Source: Cryomorphaceae bacterium (GTDB taxonomy: Bacteria > Bacteroidota > Bacteroidia > Flavobacteriales_F > PHOS-HE28). From it: DNA of 31,997 nucleotides. Positions 1 through 9,289 of this stretch are shown here, piece after piece; positions within the stretch are counted from its first letter, which is position 1; each line of letters begins with the position of its first letter. The notes beneath the pieces were generated by a model. It was not told the DNA's origin and made no database searches. It worked only from the letters and a program-made list of their open reading frames with translations. The position numbers were made by a program, and so were the translations under genes. The stretch lies in NCBI GenBank assembly GCA_044463585.1, contig JBIQMI010000001.1:1-31997 (forward strand), in the 5' to 3' direction.

Positions 1-2748
1 AGCGCCACCATGAACCTGCCGGCCTGGTACACCCAGGGCATTGTGGCCTATGCCTCGGGCCCGTGGGGGCCGGAGGGTGAAAGCCGGGTGCGCGACGGCG
101 TACTGGGCGGGCGCTACGCCAAATTCAACCGGCTGGAGGGCAAGGATGCCGAACTGGCGGGCCAAGCGCTGTGGAGCTACGTGGCCGATGTGTACGGGCC
201 ATCGGTGATCCCCAACGTGCTGTACATGACGCGGGTGAGCCGCAATGCGGAAAACGGCTTCATGTACGTACTGGGGGTGCCGCTGAAAGTGCTGATCAAG
301 GAATGCTTCGACCACTACCGGGGCCGCTTTGCCGAGCAGGACCGGCTGCGCATGGAAGTGGCCGGCAAGGAACTGGACGTGAAGACGCGGAAAACGCGCA
401 GCTATTCCCAATTCAAGCTGAGCCCCGATGGGCGCCGCGCTGCTTGGGTGAGCAACGAGCTGGGCCAGTACAAGGTGTGGCTGAAGGACCTGGGCACCGG
501 GAAGGTGAAGAAGATCGCCAAGGGGGAAAAGAAGATCGACCGGATCATCGACAACAGCTATCCGGTGCTGGCGTGGCACCCCACGGGCGGCGCCCTTACC
601 TGGACCACCGAGCGGAAGGGTGAATTGCTGCTGAACACATGGACCGCGGACGAACGGAAGGTGACGCGCAAACCGGTGTTCATGCTGGACAAGATCCTCT
701 CGATGCAATACAGTCCCGATGGGCGCAACATGGTGTTCAGCGGCGTGCGCGAAGGGCGCACCGACCTTTACCTGTACTACGTGATCGGCAACCGCCAGGA
801 GCAGCTCACCGACGACCAGTACGACGACCTCGACCCGGCCTTCGCCGACAATGGGCGCTCGATCCTGTTCAGCAGCAACCGGCCGGACGATACGCTGCGC
901 GCCAACACCGAACCCGCCTGGTTGCCCAACAGCAAGGACATCTTCCGCTACGACCTGGCCGGCCGTGGGCGCGTGCTTACCCGGTTGACCAACACGCCCG
1001 CGGTGAATGAGCGGCAGCCCGCCGCATGGGACAGCACGCACTACACCTGGCTCAGCGACGCCAACGGGCTGCAGGAGCGCTGGCTGGCCCACTACGACAG
1101 CGCCGTGGTTGCAGTGGACACCACCGTGCATTACCGCTACTTCACCGTGGCCGAGCCGGTGGCCAACCTGCGGCGCAGCATCCTCTCGCAGGACGTGCAC
1201 GCCGCATCGGGACGGTACGCCCAACTGATGTTCGAGAACGGCAAATACCGGTTTTGGACAGGCACCACGCGCAATGCGGAACTGCGGGGCCAACAGCCGG
1301 GCGGCGCCACGCCTGAACTGGCCACCGACACAGCGGTGGGCAACCTGACCGAGGCCTTGGGCCGGGTGGTGAAGGTGGACGTGCGGCAGGCCCGCGATAC
1401 CACTGGCGGCGGGGTGGACATACGCAATTACCGCTTCAAGGATGAACTGGCCGCGCCTGCTGTAAAGCCCGCAGAGGATGGATCGCCGGAAGCAACCGCG
1501 CAGCAACCTGTGGCCGCGGCCGCACCGGACACCGCGCGCGTGGCGCCATTGGTGTTCCCCGAGCAGCGCAACTACAACGTCAACTTCGCCACGGATGAAG
1601 TGCTGACCCAGTTGGACAACAGCTATTCCTCCGAGTTCTACCAGCCGTTGGTGGGCCCGCAAGCGTTGAACCCCGGTCTGAGCGGCCTGATGCGGCTGGC
1701 CGCAAGCGACCTTTTCGAGGACTACAAGATCACCGGCGGGCTGCGCTTGGCGCTGGACCTGAACAACAACACCTACCTGCTGCAATTCCAGAACCTGAAA
1801 CGGCGGCTGGACAAGGAGCTGATCTTCCAGCGGCAGGCCACGCAGGGCCTCACCAACCTGGGCGTGGAAAAGCTGTACACGCATTCGGCCACCTTCCGCC
1901 TCTCGTGGCCCTTCGATGAGCTGACCTCGCTGCGCGGGGCGGTGAGTTACCGCCACGACCAGTACGTAACGCAGAGCATCGACCAGTTCAGCCTGGCGAT
2001 GCCCAACACCAGCGACCAAACGGCCAGCGCCAAGCTGGAATACGTGTACGACAGCAGCCGGCCGCGCGGGCTCAACCTGTACAACGGCTGGAAGGCGAAG
2101 GCTTTTGGCGAGTATTACATCCAGCCGGACGGGCAGCGCACCGATATGCAGGTGTTCGGCTTCGATGTGCGCAACGGGCTCAGCATCCACCGGGAGCTCA
2201 CGTGGGTGAACCGCTTGGCCGGGTCCGCCACCCTGGGCAGCCGCAAGGTGGTGTTCTTCATGGGCGGGGTGGACAATTGGCTCTTCGCGAAAACGGACAA
2301 CAGCACGCCGATCGACTTCTCGCAGAACTACTACTACCAAAGCTTGGCCGTGCCCATGCGGGGTTTCTACTACAACGCGCGCAACGGCAACGCCTTCGCC
2401 GTGCTCAACAGCGAGCTGCGCCTGCCGGTGTTCCGCTACTTCTTCGATCGGCCCATGCAAAGTGATTTCCTGCAGAACTTCCAAGTGGTGGCCTTCGCCG
2501 ATGCGGGCACGGCATGGACCGGCGATAACCCCTACGGCGAGGACAATTTCTTCAACCGCCAGGTGATCCAGCGCAATCCGCTTACCATAACGCTGCGCAA
2601 CCAGCGCGAGCCGATCATTTGGGGCTACGGCTTCGGCCTGCGCGCCCGTTTGCTGGGCTACTACATGCGCGGCGATTGGGCCTGGGGCGTGGATGATGGC
2701 GTGATCCTGAAGGGGATCTTCCAATTCTCCCTGAGCTTGGATATTTGA
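1..2748 (+). CDS. PD40/TolB-like beta-propeller plus Omp85/BamA-like beta-barrel outer-membrane protein (5'-partial)
   Basis: Frame is open from base 1. PD40-type repeats (FKLSPDGRRAAW, QYSPDGRNMVFS, DPAFADNGRSILFSS). Omp85-like C-terminus with MRGFYYN, NSELRLP, FADAGTAW, GYGFGLR and terminal FSLSLDI. Confidence 0.8.
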   Translation, partial: SATMNLPAWYTQGIVAYASGPWGPEGESRVRDGVLGGRYAKFNRLEGKDAELAGQALWSYVADVYGPSVIPNVLYMTRVSRNAENGFMYVLGVPLKVLIKECFDHYRGRFAEQDRLRMEVAGKELDVKTRKTRSYSQFKLSPDGRRAAWVSNELGQYKVWLKDLGTGKVKKIAKGEKKIDRIIDNSYPVLAWHPTGGALTWTTERKGELLLNTWTADERKVTRKPVFMLDKILSMQYSPDGRNMVFSGVREGRTDLYLYYVIGNRQEQLTDDQYDDLDPAFADNGRSILFSSNRPDDTLRANTEPAWLPNSKDIFRYDLAGRGRVLTRLTNTPAVNERQPAAWDSTHYTWLSDANGLQERWLAHYDSAVVAVDTTVHYRYFTVAEPVANLRRSILSQDVHAASGRYAQLMFENGKYRFWTGTTRNAELRGQQPGGATPELATDTAVGNLTEALGRVVKVDVRQARDTTGGGVDIRNYRFKDELAAPAVKPAEDGSPEATAQQPVAAAAPDTARVAPLVFPEQRNYNVNFATDEVLTQLDNSYSSEFYQPLVGPQALNPGLSGLMRLAASDLFEDYKITGGLRLALDLNNNTYLLQFQNLKRRLDKELIFQRQATQGLTNLGVEKLYTHSATFRLSWPFDELTSLRGAVSYRHDQYVTQSIDQFSLAMPNTSDQTASAKLEYVYDSSRPRGLNLYNGWKAKAFGEYYIQPDGQRTDMQVFGFDVRNGLSIHRELTWVNRLAGSATLGSRKVVFFMGGVDNWLFAKTDNSTPIDFSQNYYYQSLAVPMRGFYYNARNGNAFAVLNSELRLPVFRYFFDRPMQSDFLQNFQVVAFADAGTAWTGDNPYGEDNFFNRQVIQRNPLTITLRNQREPIIWGYGFGLRARLLGYYMRGDWAWGVDDGVILKGIFQFSLSLDI

Positions 2749-2750
2749 GC

Positions 2751-3947
2751 ATGGCGGCAGGGGAAGTGACGGCGGAGGAGGTGAAGGCGCTGGTGCGTGA
2801 AAACCACTTGGAGGTCATCGCCGTGCGCAGGCACCTGCATGCAAACCCGGAGCTGAGCTTCCAGGAGCATGAGACCGCGCGGTACGTGGCGGATGCGCTG
2901 CGCGATGCGGGCATTGAAGTGCGCACCGGTGTGGCGGGTACCGGCGTGATCGGCACGGTGCAGGGCGCTGGTCCCGGCCCGGTGGTGTGCCTGCGCGCCG
3001 ACATGGACGCCCTGCCGCTGCAGGAGGCCACCGGCCTGCCGTGGAGCTCGCGCAACCCAGGCGTGATGCATGCCTGCGGGCACGATGCGCACACGGCCAT
3101 GGTGCTGGGCGCCGGGCGCATATTGAACCGGTTGCGCCACCATTGGAACGGCACGCTGCTGCTGCTGTTCCAGCCGGGGGAGGAGAAGGCGCCCGGCGGT
3201 GCTTCGCTGGTGCTGGGCGAGGGGGCGCTGCGCGATCCCGCACCGGGGGCGATCATCGGGCAGCACGTTACGCCCGAGTTGGAATTGGGCAAGGTGGGCT
3301 TCCGCCCCGGCCCGTTCATGGCCAGCAGCGACGAGCTTTACATCACCGTGCAGGGCAAGGGAGGCCACGCCACCCGTCCGGATGCACTGGTGGACCCGAT
3401 CGTGATCGCGGCGAAGCTCTTGCTGCAGCTCAAGGAGGAATTTGAGGCGTGGCGCGCCGGGCGTCCGCTGTTGCTGGCGTTTGGCCGTTTCATGGCCGAA
3501 GGTGCCACCAATGTGGTGCCCGATGAAGTGGAGATCGCCGGCACGTTGCGCACCTTCAATGAGGAGCTGCGGGGCCAGTTGCACGAATGGCTGCCGCGGC
3601 GGGCGAAAGAGATCTGCACCGGCCTGGGCGGCGATTGCCGGTTCGATGTGCGCAAAGGCTACCCCGTGCTGGTGAACGACGAAGCCCTGACCGCACGGAT
3701 GCGCGATGCTGCCCGCGAACTGCTGGGCGATGACCAAGTGGTGGAAATGCCGCAGCGCATGGGCAGCGAGGATTTCGCGTTCTACACCCAGGTGATGCCG
3801 GGCTCATTCCACCGCTTGGGAACAGGGCAACCCAAGAAAGGACCAGCGCCGGGGCTGCATAACGCCCGCTTCGACCTGCCGGAGGAAAGCCTGGGGATCG
3901 GCGTGGCCCTGATGGTATGGGGCGCGCTGAGGGAGCTGCGCGGTTGA
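2751..3947 (+). CDS. M20D family amidohydrolase
   Basis: RRHLHANPELSFQEHET, LRADMDALP, MHACGHDAH, FQPGEE, GKGGHA, MGSEDF and GLHNARF motifs. ATG at 2751, 2 nt after the upstream stop. Confidence 0.93.
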   Translation: MAAGEVTAEEVKALVRENHLEVIAVRRHLHANPELSFQEHETARYVADALRDAGIEVRTGVAGTGVIGTVQGAGPGPVVCLRADMDALPLQEATGLPWSSRNPGVMHACGHDAHTAMVLGAGRILNRLRHHWNGTLLLLFQPGEEKAPGGASLVLGEGALRDPAPGAIIGQHVTPELELGKVGFRPGPFMASSDELYITVQGKGGHATRPDALVDPIVIAAKLLLQLKEEFEAWRAGRPLLLAFGRFMAEGATNVVPDEVEIAGTLRTFNEELRGQLHEWLPRRAKEICTGLGGDCRFDVRKGYPVLVNDEALTARMRDAARELLGDDQVVEMPQRMGSEDFAFYTQVMPGSFHRLGTGQPKKGPAPGLHNARFDLPEESLGIGVALMVWGALRELRG

Positions 3948-3965
3948 GGAGGCGCGGGGTGGTGC

Positions 3966-4580
3966 TTTGCCGCTGAGGCGCTGGGGCGCGGAGGAATGCG
4001 CCTTGGCCGCGATGGTTTCATCCCCAGAGAACGCAGGGTGCACAGATGAATGCCTTTGCCGCGTTGTTTAACGGCGGAGAACGCAGAGTGCGCGGAGGCG
4101 GAGAGAAATGCGACGTGCTTTCCACGGTGTCCACATCGTCCACATAAGCAAAGGGGCGGAGGTTATTGCCGCTGAGGCGCAGAGGCGCCGAGGTGCGGAA
4201 TGCCAAGGCTGTGTGGTTTTCGACCCCAGCGGGGTCGCAGCCTGTAGCACCGCAAACCACGCGAGCATACCGACCCCGGCGGGGTCGCAGCCGGTGTTCT
4301 TTCACGGTGTCCACATGGTCCACCTAAGCTGAGGGGCGGAGGTTATTGCCGCTGAGGCGTAGAATGCAACGGGCTGTGTGGTTTTCGACCCCGGCGGGGT
4401 CGCAGCCTGTAGCATCGCAAACCACGCGAGCATACCGACCCCGGCGGGGTCGCAGCCGCTGTTCTTTCACGGTGTCAACAAGAGGGCCGGATCTTACCTC
4501 GGAGGCGCAGATGCGCCCTCCACCCTTCTTACCTCCCGTTCCTTCCTCACATTCATTCCCATCTTCCCTCCTTCTCTCCC
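3966..4580. repeat. Composite REP-like repeat cluster (left flank of acetoin reductase)
   Basis: Hairpin CGACCCC(G/A)GCGGGGTCG at 4221, 4271, 4386 and 4436. Internal ~165-180 bp tandem duplication (CTTT(C)CACGGTGTC at ~4118, ~4300, ~4464). Ends in a pyrimidine tract at ~4520-4580. Confidence 0.9.
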
Positions 4581-4690
4581 AGGTCCAAAGACCAAAAGCC
4601 AACAATTGGCAACCGGGAACCAAGAAGCATTCAAAGCTGTTGATCTGTAAACCGGGTCCGGGCGGTAACGCAGGGCCAAAAACATTTTAC

Positions 4691-5473
4691 ATGGGAAAGA
4701 TTGATGGCAAAGTGGCACTGATCACGGGTGCTGCACAGGGAATTGGCAGGGGAATCGCGCTTCGCTTGGCCGCGGATGGCGCCCATATTGCCGTAGTTGA
4801 CATGGACGAAACGAAAATGCGCAAGGTGGCCGATGAGGTCAAGGCGCTGGGCCGGAAGGCCACGATCTTCAAGGCCGATGTATCCGACCGTGAGCAGGTT
4901 TTTGCAGCGGTGGAGCATGCTGAAAAGGAATTGGGCGGCTTCGACATCATCGTGAACAACGCGGGCATCGCGAACATCAAGCCCGTGCTGGAAGTGACAC
5001 CCGATGAGGCGGGCAAGATCTTGAAGGTGAACGTGGAGGGTGTGCTTTGGGGCATCCAGGCGGCCGGCAAGAAGTTCCAGGCACGCAAGCAGAAGGGCAA
5101 GATCATCAACGCGGCATCTGTGGCCGGACACGACGGCTTCGAGATGCTGGGGATCTACTCCGCCACCAAATTTGCCGTGCGCGGGTTGACCCAGGCCGCG
5201 GCCAAGGAACTGGCCAGCAGCGGCATAACCGTGAACGCCTATTGCCCAGGCATTGTGGGCACCGACATGTGGGTGGAGATCGACAAGCGGATGGCCGAAA
5301 TAACCGGTGCACCGGAAGGCGCCACCTTCGAAAAGTACGTGGAAGGCATTGCCTTGGGCCGGGCACAAACACCGGAGGACGTGGCTGCATTCGTGTCCTA
5401 CTTGGCCGGACCGGATTCGGACTACATGACCGGCCAAGCGGTAATCATAGACGGGGGTTTGGTATACCGCTAG
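4691..5473 (+). CDS. budC: Acetoin (diacetyl) reductase / 2,3-butanediol dehydrogenase, SDR family
   Basis: [16 protein letters not shown], catalytic [32 protein letters not shown]. Start taken at ATG 4691 because the ORF extension from 4346 runs through repeats. Confidence 0.88.
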   Translation: MGKIDGKVALITGAAQGIGRGIALRLAADGAHIAVVDMDETKMRKVADEVKALGRKATIFKADVSDREQVFAAVEHAEKELGGFDIIVNNAGIANIKPVLEVTPDEAGKILKVNVEGVLWGIQAAGKKFQARKQKGKIINAASVAGHDGFEMLGIYSATKFAVRGLTQAAAKELASSGITVNAYCPGIVGTDMWVEIDKRMAEITGAPEGATFEKYVEGIALGRAQTPEDVAAFVSYLAGPDSDYMTGQAVIIDGGLVYR

Positions 5474-5493
5474 GTCGGGGAGCTTGGCAGGTT

Positions 5494-5870
5494 TTTGCCG
5501 CAGAGGTGCAGAGTCGCGGAGGAATGCGCTTGGCCGCGACGGTTTCATCCACAGAGAACGCAGGGTGCACAGATGAATGCCTTTGCCGCGATGGTTTTGC
5601 CGCTGAGACGCTGAGGCGCCGAGGCGTAGAATGCAACGGGCTGTGGGGTTTCGACCCCGGCGGGGTCGCAGCCTGTAGCATCGCAAACCACGCGATCATA
5701 CCGACCCCGGCGGGGTCGCAGCCGGTGTTCTTACACGGTGTCCACAAAGAGGGCCGGATGGTCTTACCGCGGAGGCGCGGATGCGCCCCCCATCCGTCCT
5801 TTCCTTCCTTACACCCCTTTCCTTCCTTACTCCGTACCTCCCTGTCCTCCTCTTCGTTCCACTCACCGTA
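5494..5870. repeat. Composite REP-like repeat cluster (right flank of acetoin reductase), direct copy of modules in 3966-4580
   Basis: 5494-5590 matches 3966-4063, and ~5597-5795 matches ~4346-4525. Hairpins at 5652 and 5702, followed by a pyrimidine tract. Confidence 0.9.
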
Positions 5871-5872
5871 CT

Positions 5873-6037
5873 TCAGAAGAACACGCAGTACAGCACAGCC
5901 CAAACGCCCACGAACAGACCGCCTAAGGCCAGCGTGCCCCGGTGTGCGGCCAGATCGCGCTTGATCACGCCCCGATAGAAGATCCAGCCTGCGAACAGCA
6001 GCGCCAGTCCGATCACCATGCCCATGCGTGTGCCCAT
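5873..6037 (-). CDS. Small membrane protein, 54 aa, two predicted TM helices (not in ORF track)
   Basis: Manual translation MGTRMGMVIGLALLFAGWIFYRGVIKRDLAAHRGTLALGGLFVGVWAVLYCVFF*. Starts 20 nt after the recQ stop on the same strand, with GC-rich third codon positions. Confidence 0.7.
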   Translation of the reverse strand: MGTRMGMVIGLALLFAGWIFYRGVIKRDLAAHRGTLALGGLFVGVWAVLYCVFF

Positions 6038-6057
6038 CAGTGGCGGTGTTGGGTTGG

Positions 6058-8250
6058 TCAGTTGGCCACTTCGCTCATGAACCTCAGGCGCACCAGGCGC
6101 AGTTCCTCCTCGCTGAAGTCGCCACCGAATTCCTTGGAGGCTTCATCGATGCTGTCCGACTCGGCCTCGCGGAAGTAGTCCATGATCTCGTCCTGGGCGT
6201 CCTCGTCCAAGATCTCGTCCAAATGGTAGTTGATATCCAGCCGGGTGCCGCTGCTCACGATGGTCTCCATCTCCTCGATCAGCGCGTCCATGGTCAGGTT
6301 CTTCGCCTTGGCGATCGACTCCAGTGCCAGGCGCTTGTCGATGTTCTGGATGATGTGCACCTTGTTGCTGCTCTTCTTCACCACCGAGCGCACCACGGTT
6401 TCTTCTTCGGGCCGCTCGATCTCGTTCTCTTCCACGTAGTCGGCGATCAGGTCAACGAAGGGCTTGCCGAACTTCTGTGCCTTGCCCGCGCCCACGCCGG
6501 TGATCTGCGTGAGTTCCTCCACGGTCACCGGGTAGCGCACCGTCATTTCTTCCAATGAGGGGTCCTGGAAAATGACGTAGGGGGCCAGCTTGTGCTTCTT
6601 GGCCACGGTGTGCCGCAAGTCCTTCAGCATGGCCATCAGGCGTTCGTCGGCAGCGCCGCCGCCACGGCCGTTCATCACAATGTCGTCATCCGCACTGTCC
6701 TCGTCCACCCGCTCGCGCTCCTTGGTGAAGGTGATGGCCACGGGTTTTTTCAGGAAGGCCTTGCCCGCATCGGTGAGGCTCAGGTTGCCATAGGTCTCGA
6801 TGTCCTTGTGCAGGAAGCCGCCCACGTTGGCTTGGCGTATGACCGTCATCCAATGCTGGGTGTTTCGGTCGTTCCCGCTGCCGTACGCCTTCAGCTTGTC
6901 GCCCTTGTAGTTCTTGATCTCGCTGGTTTCCTGGCCGGTGAGCAGGTCGCAGATGAAACGCGCCTTGTGCCGTTCCTTGCTTTCCTTCACCGCCTCCAGC
7001 AACAGCTTCAGGTCGTCCTTGGCCTCGAAGTATTCCTTCGGGTTCAGGCAGTTGTCGCAGGCCCCGCAGTTGTCGCCGGGCAGTTCCTCGCCGAAGTAGT
7101 GGAGCAGGTATTTACGCCGGCACATGCCGGTTTCGGCGTAGCTCACCGTATCCGCCAGCAATTGCTTGCCGATCTCCTGTTCGGCCACGGGCTTGCCCTG
7201 CAGGAACTTCTCCAGCTTCTCAATGTCCTTGTAGCTGTAGAAGGTCACGCATTTGCCCTCGCCGCCGTCGCGACCCGCGCGGCCGGTTTCCTGGTAGTAG
7301 CTCTCCAGGCTCTTGGGTATGTCGTGGTGGATCACAAAGCGGACATCGGGTTTGTCGATGCCCATGCCGAAAGCGATGGTGGCCACGATCACGTCAACGT
7401 CCTCCATCAGGAAGCGGTCCTGGAAGCTGGCCCGTTGCGAGGCGTCCATGCCGGCGTGGTAGGGCAGTGCCTTGATGCCGTTCACCTGCAGGGTCTCGGC
7501 GATCTCCTCCACCTTCTTGCGGCTGAGGCAATAGATGATCCCGCTGCGCCCCGGGTTCTGCTTTACATAGCGGATGATGTCGCGCACCACGTCCTTTTTG
7601 GCGCGCACTTCATAGTACAGGTTGGGCCTGTTGAACGAGGCCTTGAACACGTTGGCACCGGGTATGTCGAGGTTCTTGAGGATGTCCTCCTGCACCTTTT
7701 CGGTGGCGGTGGCCGTGAGCGCGATCATGGGCACGCGCTTGATCTCGTCGAAAATGGTGCGCAGCCGACGGTATTCCGGCCGGAAGTCGTGCCCCCATTC
7801 GCTGATGCAGTGCGCCTCGTCGATGGCGAAGAAGCTGATCTTGATCTCCGAGAGGAACTCCACGTTCTCCTTCTTGGTAAGCGATTCCGGCGCCACGTAC
7901 AGCAGCTTGGTCACCCCGGAAAGGATGTCCTCGCGCACCTGCTGTGCCTGGCTGCGGGTAAGCGAACTGTTGAGGAAGTGGGCCACGCCGTTCTCACCAC
8001 CGAAGCTGCGCAGCAGGTCCACCTGGTTCTTCATCAGCGCGATCAGCGGGCTTACCACGATGGCGGTGCCCTCGCTCATCAGCGCAGGCAGCTGGTAGCA
8101 GAGGCTTTTGCCGCCGCCGGTGGGCATGATCACGAAGGTGTCCTTGCCATCGATCACGCTTTGGACGATGGCTTCCTGTTCGCCTTTGAAGGATTTGAAG
8201 CCGAAAAATTGTTCAAGTGCTTCCTTGGGGGAAATGTCTACGTTGGTCAT
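6058..8250 (-). CDS. recQ: ATP-dependent DNA helicase RecQ
   Basis: MPTGGGKSLCYQLP, DEAHCISEWGHDFRP, ALTATAT, YYQETGRAGRDG, Zn-binding Cys cluster, and RQC/HRDC-like C-terminal regions. Confidence 0.97.
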   Translation of the reverse strand: MTNVDISPKEALEQFFGFKSFKGEQEAIVQSVIDGKDTFVIMPTGGGKSLCYQLPALMSEGTAIVVSPLIALMKNQVDLLRSFGGENGVAHFLNSSLTRSQAQQVREDILSGVTKLLYVAPESLTKKENVEFLSEIKISFFAIDEAHCISEWGHDFRPEYRRLRTIFDEIKRVPMIALTATATEKVQEDILKNLDIPGANVFKASFNRPNLYYEVRAKKDVVRDIIRYVKQNPGRSGIIYCLSRKKVEEIAETLQVNGIKALPYHAGMDASQRASFQDRFLMEDVDVIVATIAFGMGIDKPDVRFVIHHDIPKSLESYYQETGRAGRDGGEGKCVTFYSYKDIEKLEKFLQGKPVAEQEIGKQLLADTVSYAETGMCRRKYLLHYFGEELPGDNCGACDNCLNPKEYFEAKDDLKLLLEAVKESKERHKARFICDLLTGQETSEIKNYKGDKLKAYGSGNDRNTQHWMTVIRQANVGGFLHKDIETYGNLSLTDAGKAFLKKPVAITFTKERERVDEDSADDDIVMNGRGGGAADERLMAMLKDLRHTVAKKHKLAPYVIFQDPSLEEMTVRYPVTVEELTQITGVGAGKAQKFGKPFVDLIADYVEENEIERPEEETVVRSVVKKSSNKVHIIQNIDKRLALESIAKAKNLTMDALIEEMETIVSSGTRLDINYHLDEILDEDAQDEIMDYFREAESDSIDEASKEFGGDFSEEELRLVRLRFMSEVAN

Positions 8251-8431
8251 AGCGGAGTTTGGTCGGCGGAGATGCCGCTGCGGATTGATCGCTTAAAAGT
8301 AGGGCGATCCGCCCAATGCGCAAGGCATTCGGCCGCCCTGCCTTGGAAACCTTCAGCGTTTTTGGGGGCGTGCCGTGGCAAACCCGTTGAAAACCATGCC
8401 GCGCAGCCCCGGGGCGCCCTGTGCGGGCGGC

Positions 8432-8439
8432 TATATTTG
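8432..8439 (+). promoter_or_regulatory. Bacteroidota sigma-A -7 element for the tatC operon
   Basis: TATATTTG matches TAnnTTTG and ends 25 nt before the tatC ATG. Confidence 0.6.
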
Positions 8440-8464
8440 GCCCGGCCCCAAGGGCCCGCTGTGA

Positions 8465-9289
8465 ATGGCCGGAACCCGCAAGGACCTTACTTTCCTGGAT
8501 CACCTCGAGGCGTTGCGTTGGACCCTTATGCGGTCCGCCGCGGCCGTGATGGTCGGCATGGTGCTCGCATTCATCTACAAGGACATTGTGTTCGATGCGG
8601 TGATCCTCGCGCCGCAGCGCCCCGATTTCTTCACCTACCGCGTCTTCTGCTGGCTGGCCCTCAAGCTCGGCCTCGACCGCTCCTTCTGCATGGACGGTAG
8701 CGGCTTCACGCTGATGAACACCACCATGGCCGGGCAATTCATGGTGCACATCATGGTATCGTTCGTGGTGGGCATCATCCTGGCCATGCCCTACATCCTG
8801 TGGGAGGTCTGGCGCTTCGTGAAGCCCGGCCTGAAGGCCACGGAGCAGCACGCCGTGCGCGGGGTGGTGGTGTTCGCCAGCCTGCTCTTCCTGGCCGGCG
8901 TGGTGTTCGGCTACTACGTGCTGGCACCCATGAGCATACAGTTCCTGGGCACCTACACCGTAAGCGACAGCGTGCCCAACCTGGTTGACCTCAACAGCTA
9001 CATCGGCACCATCACTTCCCTCACGCTATGGACCGGCGTGGTGTTCGAGCTGCCCATGGTGGTGTACTTCCTGGCCCGCACGGGCGTGGTGGGGCCGGGC
9101 TTCCTGCGCAAATACCGCCGCCACGCCTACGTGGGCATCCTTATCGTGGCCGCCATCATCACCCCGCCCGATGTCACAAGCCAGTTGATCGTCTCCTTCC
9201 CCCTGATCATCCTGTACGAGGGCAGCATCATATTGGCGGCACGCACGCAGAACCGCCGCGAAAAAGCGGAGAAAGCAACAGGCGCATGA
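8465..9289 (+). CDS. tatC: Twin-arginine translocase subunit TatC
   Basis: TFLDHLEALRW, WRFVKPGL, FELP, AAIITPPD and LYE motifs; multiple TM helices. Confidence 0.96.
   Translation: MAGTRKDLTFLDHLEALRWTLMRSAAAVMVGMVLAFIYKDIVFDAVILAPQRPDFFTYRVFCWLALKLGLDRSFCMDGSGFTLMNTTMAGQFMVHIMVSFVVGIILAMPYILWEVWRFVKPGLKATEQHAVRGVVVFASLLFLAGVVFGYYVLAPMSIQFLGTYTVSDSVPNLVDLNSYIGTITSLTLWTGVVFELPMVVYFLARTGVVGPGFLRKYRRHAYVGILIVAAIITPPDVTSQLIVSFPLIILYEGSIILAARTQNRREKAEKATGA

Noticed and set aside
4346..4690. N-terminal extension of the acetoin reductase ORF
   Set aside because: It reads through the repeat cluster; SDR homology starts at [13 protein letters not shown] (4691).
6592..8700. Long antisense ORFs (702 aa here; also 9127-11277, 11365-12534, 17906-20167)
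   Set aside because: Shadow ORFs opposite well-supported high-GC genes, with no recognisable motifs.
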